The notes under the pieces are model-generated. The model saw nothing but the letters and a program-made list of their open reading frames with translations. It had not been told where the DNA came from and made no database searches. Both the position numbers and the translations under genes were made by a program. A stretch of 63,201 bases of DNA, the filler included, from Collodictyon triciliatum (Eukaryota): NCBI GenBank assembly GCA_043381765.1. It is 6 parts of 6 records of this genome, joined end to end, with 100 filler letters (N's around TTAATTAATTAA, not from the genome) between each part and the next. Parts side by side here need not be neighbours in the genome. Positions count along the whole stretch, not along the records: positions 12,499 to 24,889 come from JBHJMP010002185.1; positions 24,990 to 37,374 come from JBHJMP010002186.1; 4 more parts are not named here. One strand, written 5' to 3'. Shown here one piece after another: positions 12,499 to 25,425 of this stretch (the first letter of the stretch is position 1; each line of letters begins with the position of its first letter).

Positions 12499-15400
12499 AC
12501 AAAGTGCGAATACTCCTTCTCCCCTTTGTAGACAACATGCCCGAACTTGGCCTTGACTTTCCCTTTGAGCTCCTCTTGCCTCTTGCTCTAAAAAAATACA
12601 TTAAAACGTGTCAAACAATTAAATCATTAAATAAACATAACATAATTACTCGAAAATAATAACACACCACTTTCTATCAATTTTTACCGCCTCTTCGCTT
12701 TCAGCTTGGAACAGCTTTCTTTCTTCCTCGCTCTGGCATGTTGGACAGCATAGTGCTCATCGCGGAGGTAAAAGAAGGCGCGGCTGCATACTGGTTTGTC
12801 AATCAGACAGGCGTGCTGAATCTGAACATGAATATATGATTAAGAAGAATTTTTTAATTCCATTGTATATATTCATGATACGATACAGAATACACGTAGG
12901 TTGGCTTCACCTCGTATTCAGTCACACTCAACCCAGGCATTCCGTCAATGAAAGGTAAGCGGCTATTGGTTTCACTGCGCCATTCCACCCAAACATCCTT
13001 CATGGTAGCATCAGACTTGGTTTTCAGCAGCTCCTCAAGGCGGGTTTGGTTATTCAGCTCCGTTTTGTTCTGGTCAGGAATCCAGCCGCAGCGCGCACCG
13101 AGAGAGCACACAAAGTATGGGCATTTTCTGATGGAGTCCATACAGCGAATCACAACCTTTGAAAGCAACAGGAGAAAATCAAAGTTTATTATTTTATATA
13201 ATGCAGCATATAATGAATATTATCAAAAAAAATAATGTTGATAATATTGCAATTACCCATCCCTCATTACTGCCCACAGAAGTCAGTCCCCAACGCAAAT
13301 CGATAAAGACAAGGTCCAGTCCCTTCGATTTCGCAAGTCTTTTCAGCCTGACATTAAAAATTATATTGTTAGGAAAATAAAAGCATCAATTATCATTCCT
13401 TATCAGAGATTTATTTTTTTTAATTTATGTATTAAACTTACTCAGGGGCTCCATTCTTGAAGAACTCGTTTCTTTCTTTCTGCAAGTCACGGAAAGTCGA
13501 GGAAAGGAAATCACGGATGACATGTTCGTCAAAAGTAATGCGTGGCAATGGTGTCGATGTTACGTATTTTTGTGGAGCTGGATTCCACTTCTTGTATTGT
13601 CTCTCTTTCAGGTCTTCACTAGCAAGCTTCATCTGATTTATAATCGCGATTATATTTCACAAAACGGAATGTATTTGATATATTTTAATTATGCTTTGAT
13701 TAATTATTAATTACCTTGTCAAGAAGAATACAAGTGCGGATGAGCAAGACAGAGCATTTTTCTTCCAGACCAAGACCTGCATCAATATTTAAATTTAATT
13801 CAGTTACTTTAAAATAAAATACAATAAATGAATAATCACAAAAATTAAGATAAATCAAATTTCAACCATGGAACGGAAACGGGGCCTTCGCTCTTTCGTA
13901 GAGCTTTTTGGCAATATCGTACCTCTCACGACATTTTCCCTACAATTCTTTAACGATTGAAATGAAATTTCATCATAGTTCAAAAAATGAAAAACCTTAA
14001 ATATGAAAAATTAAAAGTAGGTTTTTGTTACCCCAAGATTTCCCAAATGGCCAACGCTTTGTCCAATTAGATATCGAATTATTGCATTGAGCATATCTGT
14101 AAGAATATTTATATGTCAATTGCTCATACAAAATACATCTACGATATGTGAAAAACTCCAAAATTATTTCCTTTACAAATAGAATAAACCAGCGTAATGG
14201 GACTGAGAAGCAACAGCCTCATAACGCACATTCAATTTCAGAAACCAATCGACGATGAGTTTTTGATTCTCGTCAACAAGAACCTCCTCCTCAATAACTT
14301 TGTCACTAATATAAAAAAAGGGATGAAATGCAAATCCATGAAATAAATTATAAAATTGTGAATACCATAATTATATCATACGCCAACAAGCGAGAATGGT
14401 AGCTTCCCATGGACTTTCCGGTGACCGTCTCAATCGGCATGGCCAAAAAGAACCCGTCCGTAAAGTCATCGCGGATGTTCTTCCCCTTGAGTTCGATTTT
14501 TCCCAGGTGGTGGTTCACCCATTCCAGGACAGCCTGTGCTCAGTAGTCGGCATAAGTAATCTATCCTCTCTAATATATAAAATAATTATTGATGAATATG
14601 TACATAATTGGGCAGACTCCATCGATAGTGACAAGTCTGACGTTGGCTCGGGGCTTGTTTCGGTTGCAAACATGTTTTGAGTATTCCTATTCCATTGATA
14701 TGTGTTGCATAAAAAACATCGTATCCATCGGTTATAATGAGTGTCAGTTATCAATCAAGTCTATACAAATCAAGCTATTCTGCATTTTCATGAATGACTA
14801 TTGTTTGATTTATCGATTCATATTTTGAATGCGTTTTGGATAGTTTCAATAGGCTAACAAGGTTATATTGTATTAATGTTCAAAGCTCGAAACTCACTAT
14901 TACAACTCTGAGTATTTTTATTTTTCTTTATTATGTAATAAACTATTTGTGAATACAAATATATTTCAATATGAGATAAATTCTATGTATCTTTTAAATT
15001 TCTTTTTTTGGTTTATAAATAATATTGATGTGGGTTGCTTATGCATCATACAGCCACTAAACATTCTCTTAATGCTAAATATTTCGTATAATATAAGAAA
15101 TGTGATGTCTGCAAATCTCTATGTGTTGAATCGATATTCTTCTTGGTCGAGTTAATATAATTCCTTGAATCCATTCAAAATTGTGCAAATACTTCAAACT
15201 ATATGTAATGGTTAGTATGTTCCCACAGAATGCCAAATTCACAAACGAAAAAAATAAAATAAATTGGAATACCGATACTCATGTACTACTATCTGTTCAC
15301 CATAGCCTAAGGTTTGCATAGTGAAGATTTTACGCGGGATTTACTAAAAAAAAAAAAAAAAAATACCAAACAACTACCGCTTAAGTTTTCCATGATTTAA

Positions 15401-16404
15401 GATGCTTGCCTTCCATTCAACGTAAGCATTTTTCCATATGTGCCTTGGATTAATAGACAAATCATTAAAAAAAAATATGCTTCGTTAGGTATTATCTTTT
15501 ATGATATTACTCTTCGAATGAAAAAGTAACATGCATTTTGAATAAAAAAAAAATATAATTCTGAATTCATACTATTGTACCTTGAATTGTTTGTCCAGAT
15601 TGTTTTAGTGGGAGACGTGTTTCCAATAACCCATCCACGCTCTTTTTGGAGAGCTCTTGTGAAAGTTGCTTCTTGCTTTAGTGTGGATTCTTCTATAGCT
15701 ATGGGTGGTTGGTTTTAAAGGGTTGATATCGTCTTTCTATGCTTAAGAGCTCGTTCTGTTAGTATTTGTGATGATGTTTACAATGATTTTTTCTATTGTC
15801 TTTTTCTCTGTATTCTCTGACGGAGTACGAAATAGAGAAGGGAAAAATGACATGCCAGTGTATTTTTTTAAAACATTGGGTAGTTCTGATGCCGGATTAA
15901 TATTCAGTGCATCATTCATCAAAACACGTTTTTGGCTTTGAAGAATACTGTGAAGATGAATCGATGTTTTTCACGTAATTTCAATGTCGCCCTTGATGAA
16001 GCCCGGAGGAATGTCGTAGATAATGGGCATCAGAGAGCTGGCCTCTCTAGGTATAGACGCGAAAAAAAAAAGCAGTTAAATATTAATTTACTCTCCAATT
16101 TTTTGGGAAAGTCTGCTGTGTATTCTTTAAGTCGATCGAATAGCTGGTTCATAGTCTTCTAATTATGACACCCAAGATCTTTCAGGACTTGGTCTTATTC
16201 TTTCCTTTGCCTGTATGTGGGCGTGGGAGTTCGGGGCATTTGTGCTTACCTCGAAGGCGGACGTGGCAGCTGAGTCCGTACATGTTCTGCTTCCGGGCGC
16301 TCTCTTACTGGTGAATAGCTGTGGCTGGAAAGCATTGGTCGAGCGGAGGGCTGCATTCTTGTGTTTGGTTGTGTTTGTTTCAAGCTGGCGCTTTTGTTCT
16401 CCAT
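12499..16404 (-). CDS. Calponin-homology-like + DUF4062 domain protein, 3'-truncated by scaffold end
   Basis: First exon MENKSAS... (ATG 16404). The exon at about 14382-14534, AVLEWVNHHLGKIELKGKNIRDDFTDGFFLAMPIETVTGK, is CH-like. Exons 13635-12690 give IRDFLSSTFRDLQKERNE...|LKRLAKSKGLDLVFIDLRWGLT...|VVIRCMDSIRKCPYFVCSLGARCGWIP...SVTEYE|I...AFFYLRD, the DUF4062 signature seen in TEP1/NWD1/NPHP3-type proteins. Confidence 0.75.
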
Positions 16405-17152
16405 GGCGTTATTCCGTCCAAGAAAAGCAAACAATAGAGAAAATAAAATCAGTTACAAGAGTTTCAGTAGATATATAATACATGTTTTCATAATCATTTG
16501 GATAAGACATTTCATGCTCCTCACCATACACCAACAAAAAGGCAGCTGAAGTGAGGCAACGATTTATGTGAATAAGGATGAGCTGTTGTCGAGTGTGCAT
16601 NNNNNNNNNNNNNNNNNNNNNNNNNNNNNNNNNNNNNNNNNNNNNNNNNNNNNNNNNNNNNNNNNNNNNNNNNNNNNNNNNNNNNNNNNNNNNNNNNNNN
16701 NNNNNNNNNNNNNNNNNNNNNNNNNNNNNNNNNNNNNNNNNNNNNNNNNNNNNNNNNNNNNNNNNNNNNNNNNNNNNNNNNNNNNNNNNNNNNNNNNNNN
16801 NNNNNNNNNNNNNNNNNNNNNNNNNNNNNNNNNNNNNNNNNNNNNNNNNNNNNNNNNNNNNNNNNNNNNNNNNNNNNNNNNNNNNNNNAAAAAAAGAGGG
16901 TCTGCATGAAGATAAGAGGAAATAAACCTGGTATTTTATGGGATGAAACGTCAAATAAGTAACTTATGATACTTCGACATACCAAAGCGGATGAAGAATC
17001 ATTTCTCACACGTGCAGGATGTCTCTTCATACAACAACTCTGGACATGAAAATAAAGATTAGAAACTGTGAAAGTGTAGAAACTTTGCTACTAATGCGAG
17101 ATGACTCCCTTTCCACAGCTGATTGTTTAGTCATCTTCACTTTCTTCGTAAA

Positions 17153-17388
17153 TCAGACCCTGTGAGAAGAGATGTGTGTAAAGAGGCTGAGAAAGTGATT
17201 TAACCTCCCCTTACCTCTCATGCAACATAAGACCCAGGCTAATGGCCAAAGCGCGGTATGCAATTCCTGATTACCGACTACTTCTCCGCCACCCGGCCAT
17301 CAAGTAGCGTCCATGCAAACGATGGCTAGCGAACCAAAGCCAGCATCTCCACCATCCTGCACAAAATTGAAAGGAAGAATAAAAAAAA
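17153..17388 (+). mobile_element. 5'-truncated non-LTR retrotransposon 3' end (about 235 nt, family B)
   Basis: Colinear with the reverse complement of 36705-36943 and ends CACAAAATTGAAAGGAAGAATAAAAAAAA. Degenerate TTTCTTC..AAAT repeats lie on both flanks. Confidence 0.85.
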
Positions 17389-18989
17389 GAATTTCTTCAG
17401 GAAATATGCCCTGCATATCTGTGTCATCTTTAGTGCACAAACGCTCATAAAAGCACATAATATGTCTTGATCTTTAGATGTTAGTTATGAAACCTTAAAA
17501 TGATTATTGTGCATGCAGTCGAAAACCTCATACGTCCTCGTTTGATGACCTAACCAGTATATAGAGTAGAAGGTTTATAAATATTGATAACAATATGTTA
17601 GCTGAGCATTTAAATGGTAAAATCGATTCAGCGCTTGTGAGAAGATTAAATATTGAATGCAAAACGATAGAGTGAGAAGCATTTCATAAAAAAAAATAAA
17701 ATAAGGCGTGTTGCATGAACAGACTATAGATTACACAAATGATATGATATGCATTATGATGATTCAGGATACATAAATGGAAAGGAAGATATTCTCAAGA
17801 GCTATCGAGTTTAAATAGGAACGCATGCTTGGTTTTAGATTATGTGATTGGTGTTAAGAAATTGGAATCAGTTTAAAAGTGATATGAATCCTATCAATAT
17901 CCTGAATTAAAATATTTAAGGTTGTGAGATACTCATAATTTGTCAGCCATGTATACCAGCCTTCGAATAGACATTTTCGCCAAAGATGTATCGATAACGC
18001 GGGTACAAAATCAGACTGTCAATAGATTTTTGGATTTTCATAAAGATAGGTAAAATATTTTACTATTTAAGTGCAAAAATTAAGGAGACATTATTAATAA
18101 ATCAAAAAGATTTCAAGTGGGTCTACATATTACCTTGAAATCTTTCGTGAACGATGTTGAAATTGAGTCCTTTATGTTGCGGTGTGAGCCCTAATTAGCA
18201 TACATTCATTAATGTATTGAAATACTCTTATTTGACCCAAAATGTACATGCTCCATACTAAATGGCTATGGTATTAACATATTTTGCATACTTTCGTCAT
18301 GAGCTTTTCATGTTTATAGAGCCCTGCTTTCTTACTTGATGTCCATGCCTTTACTTCCAAGAATCGAAGCATCGAACAACCGTATGATCTCTAACTGTTC
18401 CTTCTATATATATATTAGAATTTATATTATTGCTTCATCCCTATGGTAATCTTTTGAAAAGAGCACAAAATATATGAAGGAAATAGGTATCACACGTATG
18501 AATATTCATATTTTTAGATTGGTATTATCAACTTGAGAAACAGTGCATGTTGTCGAGATGTTAAGGATGCTGCATCCATCATATTAATAGTTTGCCTCCA
18601 ATGTCCTATACAGAAAATTTAAAAGCCACTTTTTGACATCGAAAACTTCACATTCTGACGGTTTCATGGCACCAGCATATAAGTTGTTCTTAAACCTACA
18701 TAAATAAAGGACTTTTTTTTTCTTTTTTTTTTTTTATCAAACAGCTTGAAAAATATAAAAAAAATTATCCAAATCCACCAGTCTAGTTGTGTGAGTTGAA
18801 GAGAAACGGCGCAAAATCCTAATATAATTTTGCACTGGTTTTTTCTGGAGCGTTGGCAAAGAAAAAGTCAAAGATAATAAAAACAAAATCAAAAAATGCG
18901 ATTTCGTTCATGCATACAGACCATTCTACTGTAGTGGAGAATTCCAACGCGATTTTTTTTGATTGTGTCTAAGGTGACAGGAGAATAGA

Positions 18990-19860
18990 TATGTGAGCTT
19001 GTCGGTGTTGGCGGTAGGAAGCTCGAATGCGGCTATTCTGAAGAGGAACGGAGATTTCCTTCCATGTCACCGTCGCTGTCGCTGTATGCGCGTATCTGTT
19101 GTGAGTCATGTGGACTCTGTTGTTGCCTGGCCTTGGCTTCCTTGACCCCGTTGCTGCTTTTCTGCTTGGCGGGTGTATACTTTTGCGGGGCTTTTACTTT
19201 TCGTTTCGTTATTCACGGCTGGCGGACGCTCTTTAAGGATGCGCTTTGGACGCTTTTTCCCCATGACCATAAACTTTGCAGGGAGCTGGTTCTTCTGACA
19301 GAGAAGCTTCACCACGGCCGTGTCTGTGAAGAAGCCTTTGTCCTTTCTGATCTCCACGCGGGTCGGTCTGAACGGCTTCAGTTCTTCATGAATAAGTTGC
19401 GGTCATACATCCAGCGGTAGTTGGTAGAGCATCGCCGAGGTCTCTGTTGGTTTACTTCTGCTGAAGCTGCTCATAATATCAACCAAACTTACCTGCTTCA
19501 GCTCCAGAAACTTTCGGGCGTTTTCTGCAGAGCGGAAGGCAATGAGGCAAAGGCCTTCGCTGTCCAGTAAGCGCAATTGGATGGACTCTTCCCAAAGTTT
19601 GTTCACATTCAAGAAGGAGGCGAGCGCATCTGCGAGCCCGCTGAATTGTTCTTGTTGTAAACGACTTGCTCGACCCCGTGCAAAAATACTGTCCGACCTG
19701 AAAAACTTGCAGGCGGCTTCCTTGCACAGGTCTTCCTGAACTTACATGCAACCCGGGGTTTTCCGCGCCTGTGTTGGAACCAGAAGAACCGGCTGCTACT
19801 TGCAAAGCTATTGGCGAATCATAGCTTATGTGTTCGGAAAATACCTCGGAACATTTTTGG
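18990..19860 (-). mobile_element. Decayed L1/Tx1-like ORF1 fragment, copy 1
   Basis: Homologous to 36200-36700 and 62835-63201. It translates (with stops) to LCLIAFRSAENARKFL...LYQLPLDV*PQLIHEELKPF...KGFFTDTAVVKL...LPAKFMVMG, an RRM-type non-LTR ORF1 pattern. Confidence 0.7.
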
Positions 19861-21275
19861 TAATAGAAAAAAAATTCACATACACTTAAAAAATGCTGGA
19901 TTTGCATTAGGAGCTTACAGACACATATATCCGAACCCCCTCGCCATGAGCTAAAAAAAAAAATCGAAATCTTCAATCTGATTCGAAATTACTCCAATTT
20001 CTAAAGTATGTAATAAGATAACTTACAAACACAGTCATAAAGAAATGAAAGAATCAGATAAGATGCTTTAAATCTGAGAAGAGTGGGATGACTTCGCAAG
20101 TAAACCATTCTTTATTAGATTCTGATTCCGATTATTTCTAATTACATTTGCTAAGCTCTATAAATGTGCAGGTCACGCTCAAAAAAAAAAAAATTATAAC
20201 TATAGTGAAGTCCTATATGATAATTCTAATTGCAAGATTCTTGTGGATTGTATTTTCCTAAAACCTCAGCTTTAACTGACGTTAATTCTGCTTCCAACTC
20301 CATGAAAAAATTTTTTTATCCAATAGCTACATTACACTTTTGAAGCCTTTTCAAGGTTATATGACTTTAAGCTCTATCTGTACAATTTTTTCTATTTCGT
20401 GCACTCTTCGTTCTATACACATTATTTCAATCACGGTACCAAACACTTGTCACACTATGTACCCAGCATTTTTAATCTTTAATGAAAGTAATGAGTAAGC
20501 TACTGGTCATTATGAACTAATTAGGATTTGTGAAACCCTTGTTTGTACCTCAAGAGTAACCCTCTTTCTCAATAAAAATTGTCTCTCGTCAAGCGAAGGA
20601 CAAAGGTAGTGATATGTAAATGAGAGTAGTATCCATTTGTGCGACTTGTCATTACGTGAATTAACCAAACGAGGACGGGTATAAGGAAGGGCTCCGATTT
20701 GAGTGGATTCAGAACGGTATATTTCACCGCACTCAGAAACCCGGAGGAGTTTATTCTCAAACACTTCGTGTACGCTAAATACAATGGACACAAATGTTTG
20801 GCTGATAAATAATTTAGTAGAAAAAGATTTAAAATTTTATTTGTTTTCTGTTTTGTATTGAAATTATTTTATTTTTAATCGGTGTACTATTCCTGTGCAC
20901 GTGATTTAATTGGTTGTATGTACTATTCTAATTATCTTGTTCTTTTTAAAAAAAAAAAAAATTAATATAAATTACCAATCTATATTCTCCTGATTTCGAA
21001 GGCGATATCTCACATTTTAGCCAACGCCACAAAAGCAATCTGCATCTCTTCTGAAAATATGAGAATACTTTTGGATTTGATTTTCAAAAACTATGGCATT
21101 CATTATTTGACACTGGTGATTTTCTCAACTTTACATCCGCATCACCGACCGACTACCATATTGTCATATTATTGTGAGCTGGCGTTTATCTAAAGTATTT
21201 TTGCTTTGTTTTTGTTTTGTTTTTGTTTTGTTTTTGTTTTGTTTTTGTTTTGTTTTTTGCTTGACTTTTATTCGT

Positions 21276-23398
21276 TCACATTTTTGAAGGAGAATGTATA
21301 TCTAAAGACGACGTAATTCTTGGATTATGTTGTTCGCTGGCTGTGTGCTGTATCGACATGGAGTATCTTGAAGAAAACATTCCAGACTCATAGGCCATAC
21401 CAGAAATGCATACAATCTATCAATTATGAGAAAATACCGAAAAATGGTTAGCTGGCAAAACTATATTGCAAGGATATCACAAAAAAATATCCAAGTCAAA
21501 TCACACACCTGGTGGTGAAGAGGTGGTACTGAATCAGTAGTTCTTTTTGAAGATCGAGAAAAGTAAAAATTGTCTGTAGACGTGAATTGCATTTCAATTG
21601 ATAGAAATCTAGAGGTGCTTGAATTCGAAACCATATGCCAAGTGGAGTGCCCAAAAGATGCCGACATGACCATTCCATCTGGAAATGACTTTGCAGATTT
21701 TCCACGTGATCTGATTGCGGCCTGCGCTGCTGCACGGAAAACTACCGGATCCAGTGGGATTGAACGTGCTTGGATGTTGTTTCCGGCGTACAAGGAAATC
21801 GAGAATGGATAAGGAGATCTGGCTGTAGATCTGGCATTTGGGCTATTTGGGGCTATGAAGCTGGCAACTGCTATGTAAACAGAACCCATAGAACTATTCA
21901 ATAGTATATCTATTGTATTTGTCTGTCGGATTTTAAATGGAATCACCTGGAGTATTGATATGTCATCTATATGCCACCTAGGACCAGTTTTTCGAAAAAC
22001 AAATGCGCCCAAATCCAACAACGAATGCCAGTCAGAAGCCGGAGACCCACTCGATGAGCCTCGAGTAGATGGTTGAGTGAGCGTTATGTAAGTCCATGAG
22101 GATGAATCAACTTTGCATTCGATCATATGTTTTGACAGACCCAGGGAAGGGAACTCCAGTGATGGAGAAAGCTGAAGAGTGTCGTGTATCGCCAACTGTT
22201 TCCAATTGGAATGGTACATGCAAACAACGATGGAGGTGAAATATACTACAAAATCGTCGAAACTCATCCAGAACAAGGAGGCGAAATTCGGATCTTTGGG
22301 GCAATAAGATAAGGTGGTTTGCATCTCCTTAGTCCACGAAGTGTGATCTGTTGGACCCCATGACCCCTTCCAGTTTGTAGTCTTTCCCCAAGGGTTACGC
22401 AAGCAAACAAGCCTGAGCAGTCTGCCGTGTAGGCCTCCGGAATACAATCGGAGCAGAGAATAGGCATGGTTGGCATGGAGCCCGAATAACTTCGCCTGCT
22501 GTGCAAGCGTCGTATCCGTTAGACCTGTGGAGGCCCCCATTAAGAAGTGAGATTCATACATCGAAAGTAAGCGAGTCCAAAGTTCATCCTGCGCATAGTC
22601 ATCATACTGGGACGAAGTAAGCGGTGCAGGCGATTGACCTGAGTGAACTTGGGGTCGGATATAGATGCACGGGGCACCGGTCAGAGCCCGCAAAGCTTCA
22701 TCGATATGGCCACCCTCTAAGGAATGGTAACTTCCATATATCTTTGCAAAAGCCTTCTCCAACAAGGCCACCCAAACGTGCGATTGTCTTCTAACCCTGG
22801 AATAGAGCATATCCCCACCACTTGAGCATGGGAGAAGATCGTCTATGATGACCACCTTCCATTCATCATTACTAAACAATCGAAGGCCACATATGCCATC
22901 TTCACCAATGGTGTCTCGAATGAAAAGCTTTCTAATTAATGCAGGTTGCTCTGCAACCACAGAAACAGCGCTAAGGAACCAGCAATCTCCCAGCCGACCC
23001 TGCTCTACGTCGTCGGAACAAAGGCCTCTTTCTCCAAAAACGCTGAATCGTGTGTCTCTGGATAGTTTTCCCTCGGCGCGGATGATGACCTCAAAAACAC
23101 TTTTCCAAGAGTCTGCATGCCATCGGGTGGACATACTGTGCTGCGATAAACCACTTCTGCGGGGGCGGAGAGAGCTGTCGTTTGGTGGAAACTCTGGGTC
23201 GACAAAGCGAGTGCGCAGCTGGCGACAGTTAAGCTCTATCCTTTCCAGATCTTTGAGGCTTACTTTATGCTGGCCTTGGTTCAGTGCCTCCATTTCAAGG
23301 CTCGTCAGCCACGGCGTTTCCGCTGCGTTGAAGGAGGAGCTCAAAGGGATCTGTCTACTACGCTCTGGGGCTCGTCCTGGAGAAATACTGCGCTTCAT
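21276..23398 (-). CDS. CAPN15: SOL-type calpain (calpain-15-like), 2 exons (23398-21509, 21416-21276), about 676 aa
   Basis: CysPc domain FVDPEFPP...QGRLGDCWFLSA (Cys), ANHAYS (His), RNPWG (Asn). The C-terminal SOL-homology sequence SR...TTDSVPPLHHQ|IVCI...H.P matches the CAPN15 C-terminus. Confidence 0.85.
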
Positions 23399-23895
23399 CT
23401 CTTGCAGCCGGTTAGTCTTTTTTTTTTTTTTTTTTTTTTCTTCTTCTGTGTTTCTGCGAGTAAAGTCCCAAAGAATCGTCGACAGATCGCACGATGAGAG
23501 AAGGCTGGCTGGAAGGGCCACACAAGCGGTTTTAGATTCCCTGCAAAAAGTCAAGGTAACAGATAGCGCTTTACTTGAAAGGATAAAAAAAAACATATCA
23601 GTGGATATGATAAAAAAAAAATGCTCGCAGGGACTAGCGGAGAGGGAAGAGAGGTCGTGTCAGTGTTGTGGACAATTACGCTACACAAACGCCAGCCAGA
23701 TCTCAAAAGAAAAGAAAAAGCAAAGAATCTCAAGTAAGGAGCGACTTTTTTCGAAAACCCAGAGTGTCCGAACGCATTTGGTGGCATTTACAGAACAAAT
23801 ATGCAGCCTTTCGGAATAACTTTCATGTGAGTCTTTCTTTTATTCAGCGAGTGGAGGCACCATTCGCTTGTAGACGGGCCACGGTCGCCCCTTGC

Positions 23896-24657
23896 CTACT
23901 TCGGGCCATATTGACCCTGCGGAGCATAACCACCGGGCTGCTGTTGGGGAGCATAGCCACCGGGCTGCTGTTGGGGAGCATAACCTTGTTGCTGCTGTTG
24001 GGGAGGGTAACCTTGTTGCTGCTGTTGGGGAGGGTAACCACCGGGCTGCTGTTGCTGGACATAAGCTCCAGGCTGCTGTTGTTGGACATAAGCTCCAGGC
24101 TGCTGTTGGGGAGGGTAGCCTTGTTGCTGCTGTTGGTGGGTATAACCGCCTGGCTGCTGTTGGGGAGGGTACCCTTGTTGTTGAAAAGGATAGCCTTGTT
24201 GGGTATGATGAAGTTGGGTCAATAACGACTGTAATATCATGCAATGTGCAATATCGATAAAGAAAAGCATTGAATTCGAATGTGGTCGTGAAAGAAAGTA
24301 TTATTTGTGTATGAAGGATATGACTTAGCTATTACCTTGAGGAACCTGGTTTTGCTTCAGGCGTTCGACCTCCTTCTGCAAGTTGCTGGCAACAAAGTCG
24401 AGCCTCCTGATCTCCTCCGACATTTTTTGAAAGACTGCCTTCAGGGTAAAAAGGTATTTTAAGAAATTCCCTGTTCCCTCGTTTTGCACAAAGTGAAATT
24501 GAAACTGCGATAATACCTATGTTATCGAAATGATCCTTCACATACTGTAATAAGAGGTTGTCTATGACCCACAGAGGTTAAACTCTATGTCTTGAATTAC
24601 CTCAATATCTGACACGAACTTATCAAGTTGTGCTTGGCTGACCCCGGAATCACCTGC
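23896..24657 (-). CDS. 3' exons of a coiled-coil protein with a G/Y/P/Q-repeat tail; 5' end lost at scaffold break
   Basis: Spliced GDSGVSQAQLDKFVSDIE|AVFQKMSEEIRRLDFVASNLQKEVERLKQNQVPQ|GYPFQQQGYPPQQQPGG...GQYGPK*. Confidence 0.6.
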
Positions 24658-24770
24658 TATGAGAAATTAAACACGTTCATGTACTGATAAGCCTTCGTGA
24701 AATAAAGGTGAGGCAATTCTTTGTGGGGAAACTAAGGCTCAGTATAACATATGCGAGTCGGAACGATAGG

Positions 24771-24889
24771 GTATGTATGTATGTATGTATGTATGTATGT
24801 ATGTATGTATGTATGTATGTATGTATGTATGTATGTATGTATGTATGTATGTATGTATGTATGTATGTATGTATGTATGTATGTATGTA
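24771..24889. repeat. (GTAT)n microsatellite
   Basis: Perfect tetranucleotide run up to the linker. Confidence 0.95.
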
Positions 24890-24989
24890 NNNNNNNNNNN
24901 NNNNNNNNNNNNNNNNNNNNNNNNNNNNNNNNNTTAATTAATTAANNNNNNNNNNNNNNNNNNNNNNNNNNNNNNNNNNNNNNNNNNNN
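24890..24989. other. Artificial scaffold linker
   Basis: N44-TTAATTAATTAA-N44. Confidence 0.95.
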
Positions 24990-25277
24990 AAGGAAAAAGA
25001 AAAGGAAAAGGAAAAGGAAAAGGAAAAGGAAAAGGAAAAGAAAAAGGAAAAGGAAAAGGAAAAGGAAAAGAAAAAGGAAAAGGAAAAGAAAAAGGAAAAG
25101 GAAAAGGAAAAGGAAAAGAAAAGGGAAAAGAAAAAGGAAAAGAAAAAGGAAAAGAAAAAGGAAAAGGAAAAGAAAAAGGAAAAGGAAAAGGAAAAGGAAA
25201 AGAAAAAGGAAAAGGAAAAGGAAAAGGAAAAGGAAAAGGAAAAGGAAAAGGAAAAGGAAAAGGAAAAGGAAAAGGAA
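24990..25277. repeat. (GGAAAA)/(GAAAAA)n repeat
   Basis: Visible hexamer units. Confidence 0.95.
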
Positions 25278-25425
25278 GAACATACGGAACGATACCGAAA
25301 ATCAGATACTGATTCAAACGAGCGAATAAGTTGCCTGAGAATTTGATTTTTATAATTATTATTCACCTATTAATATAATTATGTCGCTAACTAAAATAAT
25401 CAAATAAGGTGCAAATTGGATACAA

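Noticed and set aside
16890-18900. Scattered exon-like segments on the minus strand
   Set aside because: I could not assemble a consistent frame or recognise a family.
22845-23819. 324-aa plus-strand ORF
   Set aside because: Antisense shadow of the calpain gene, with no recognisable motifs.
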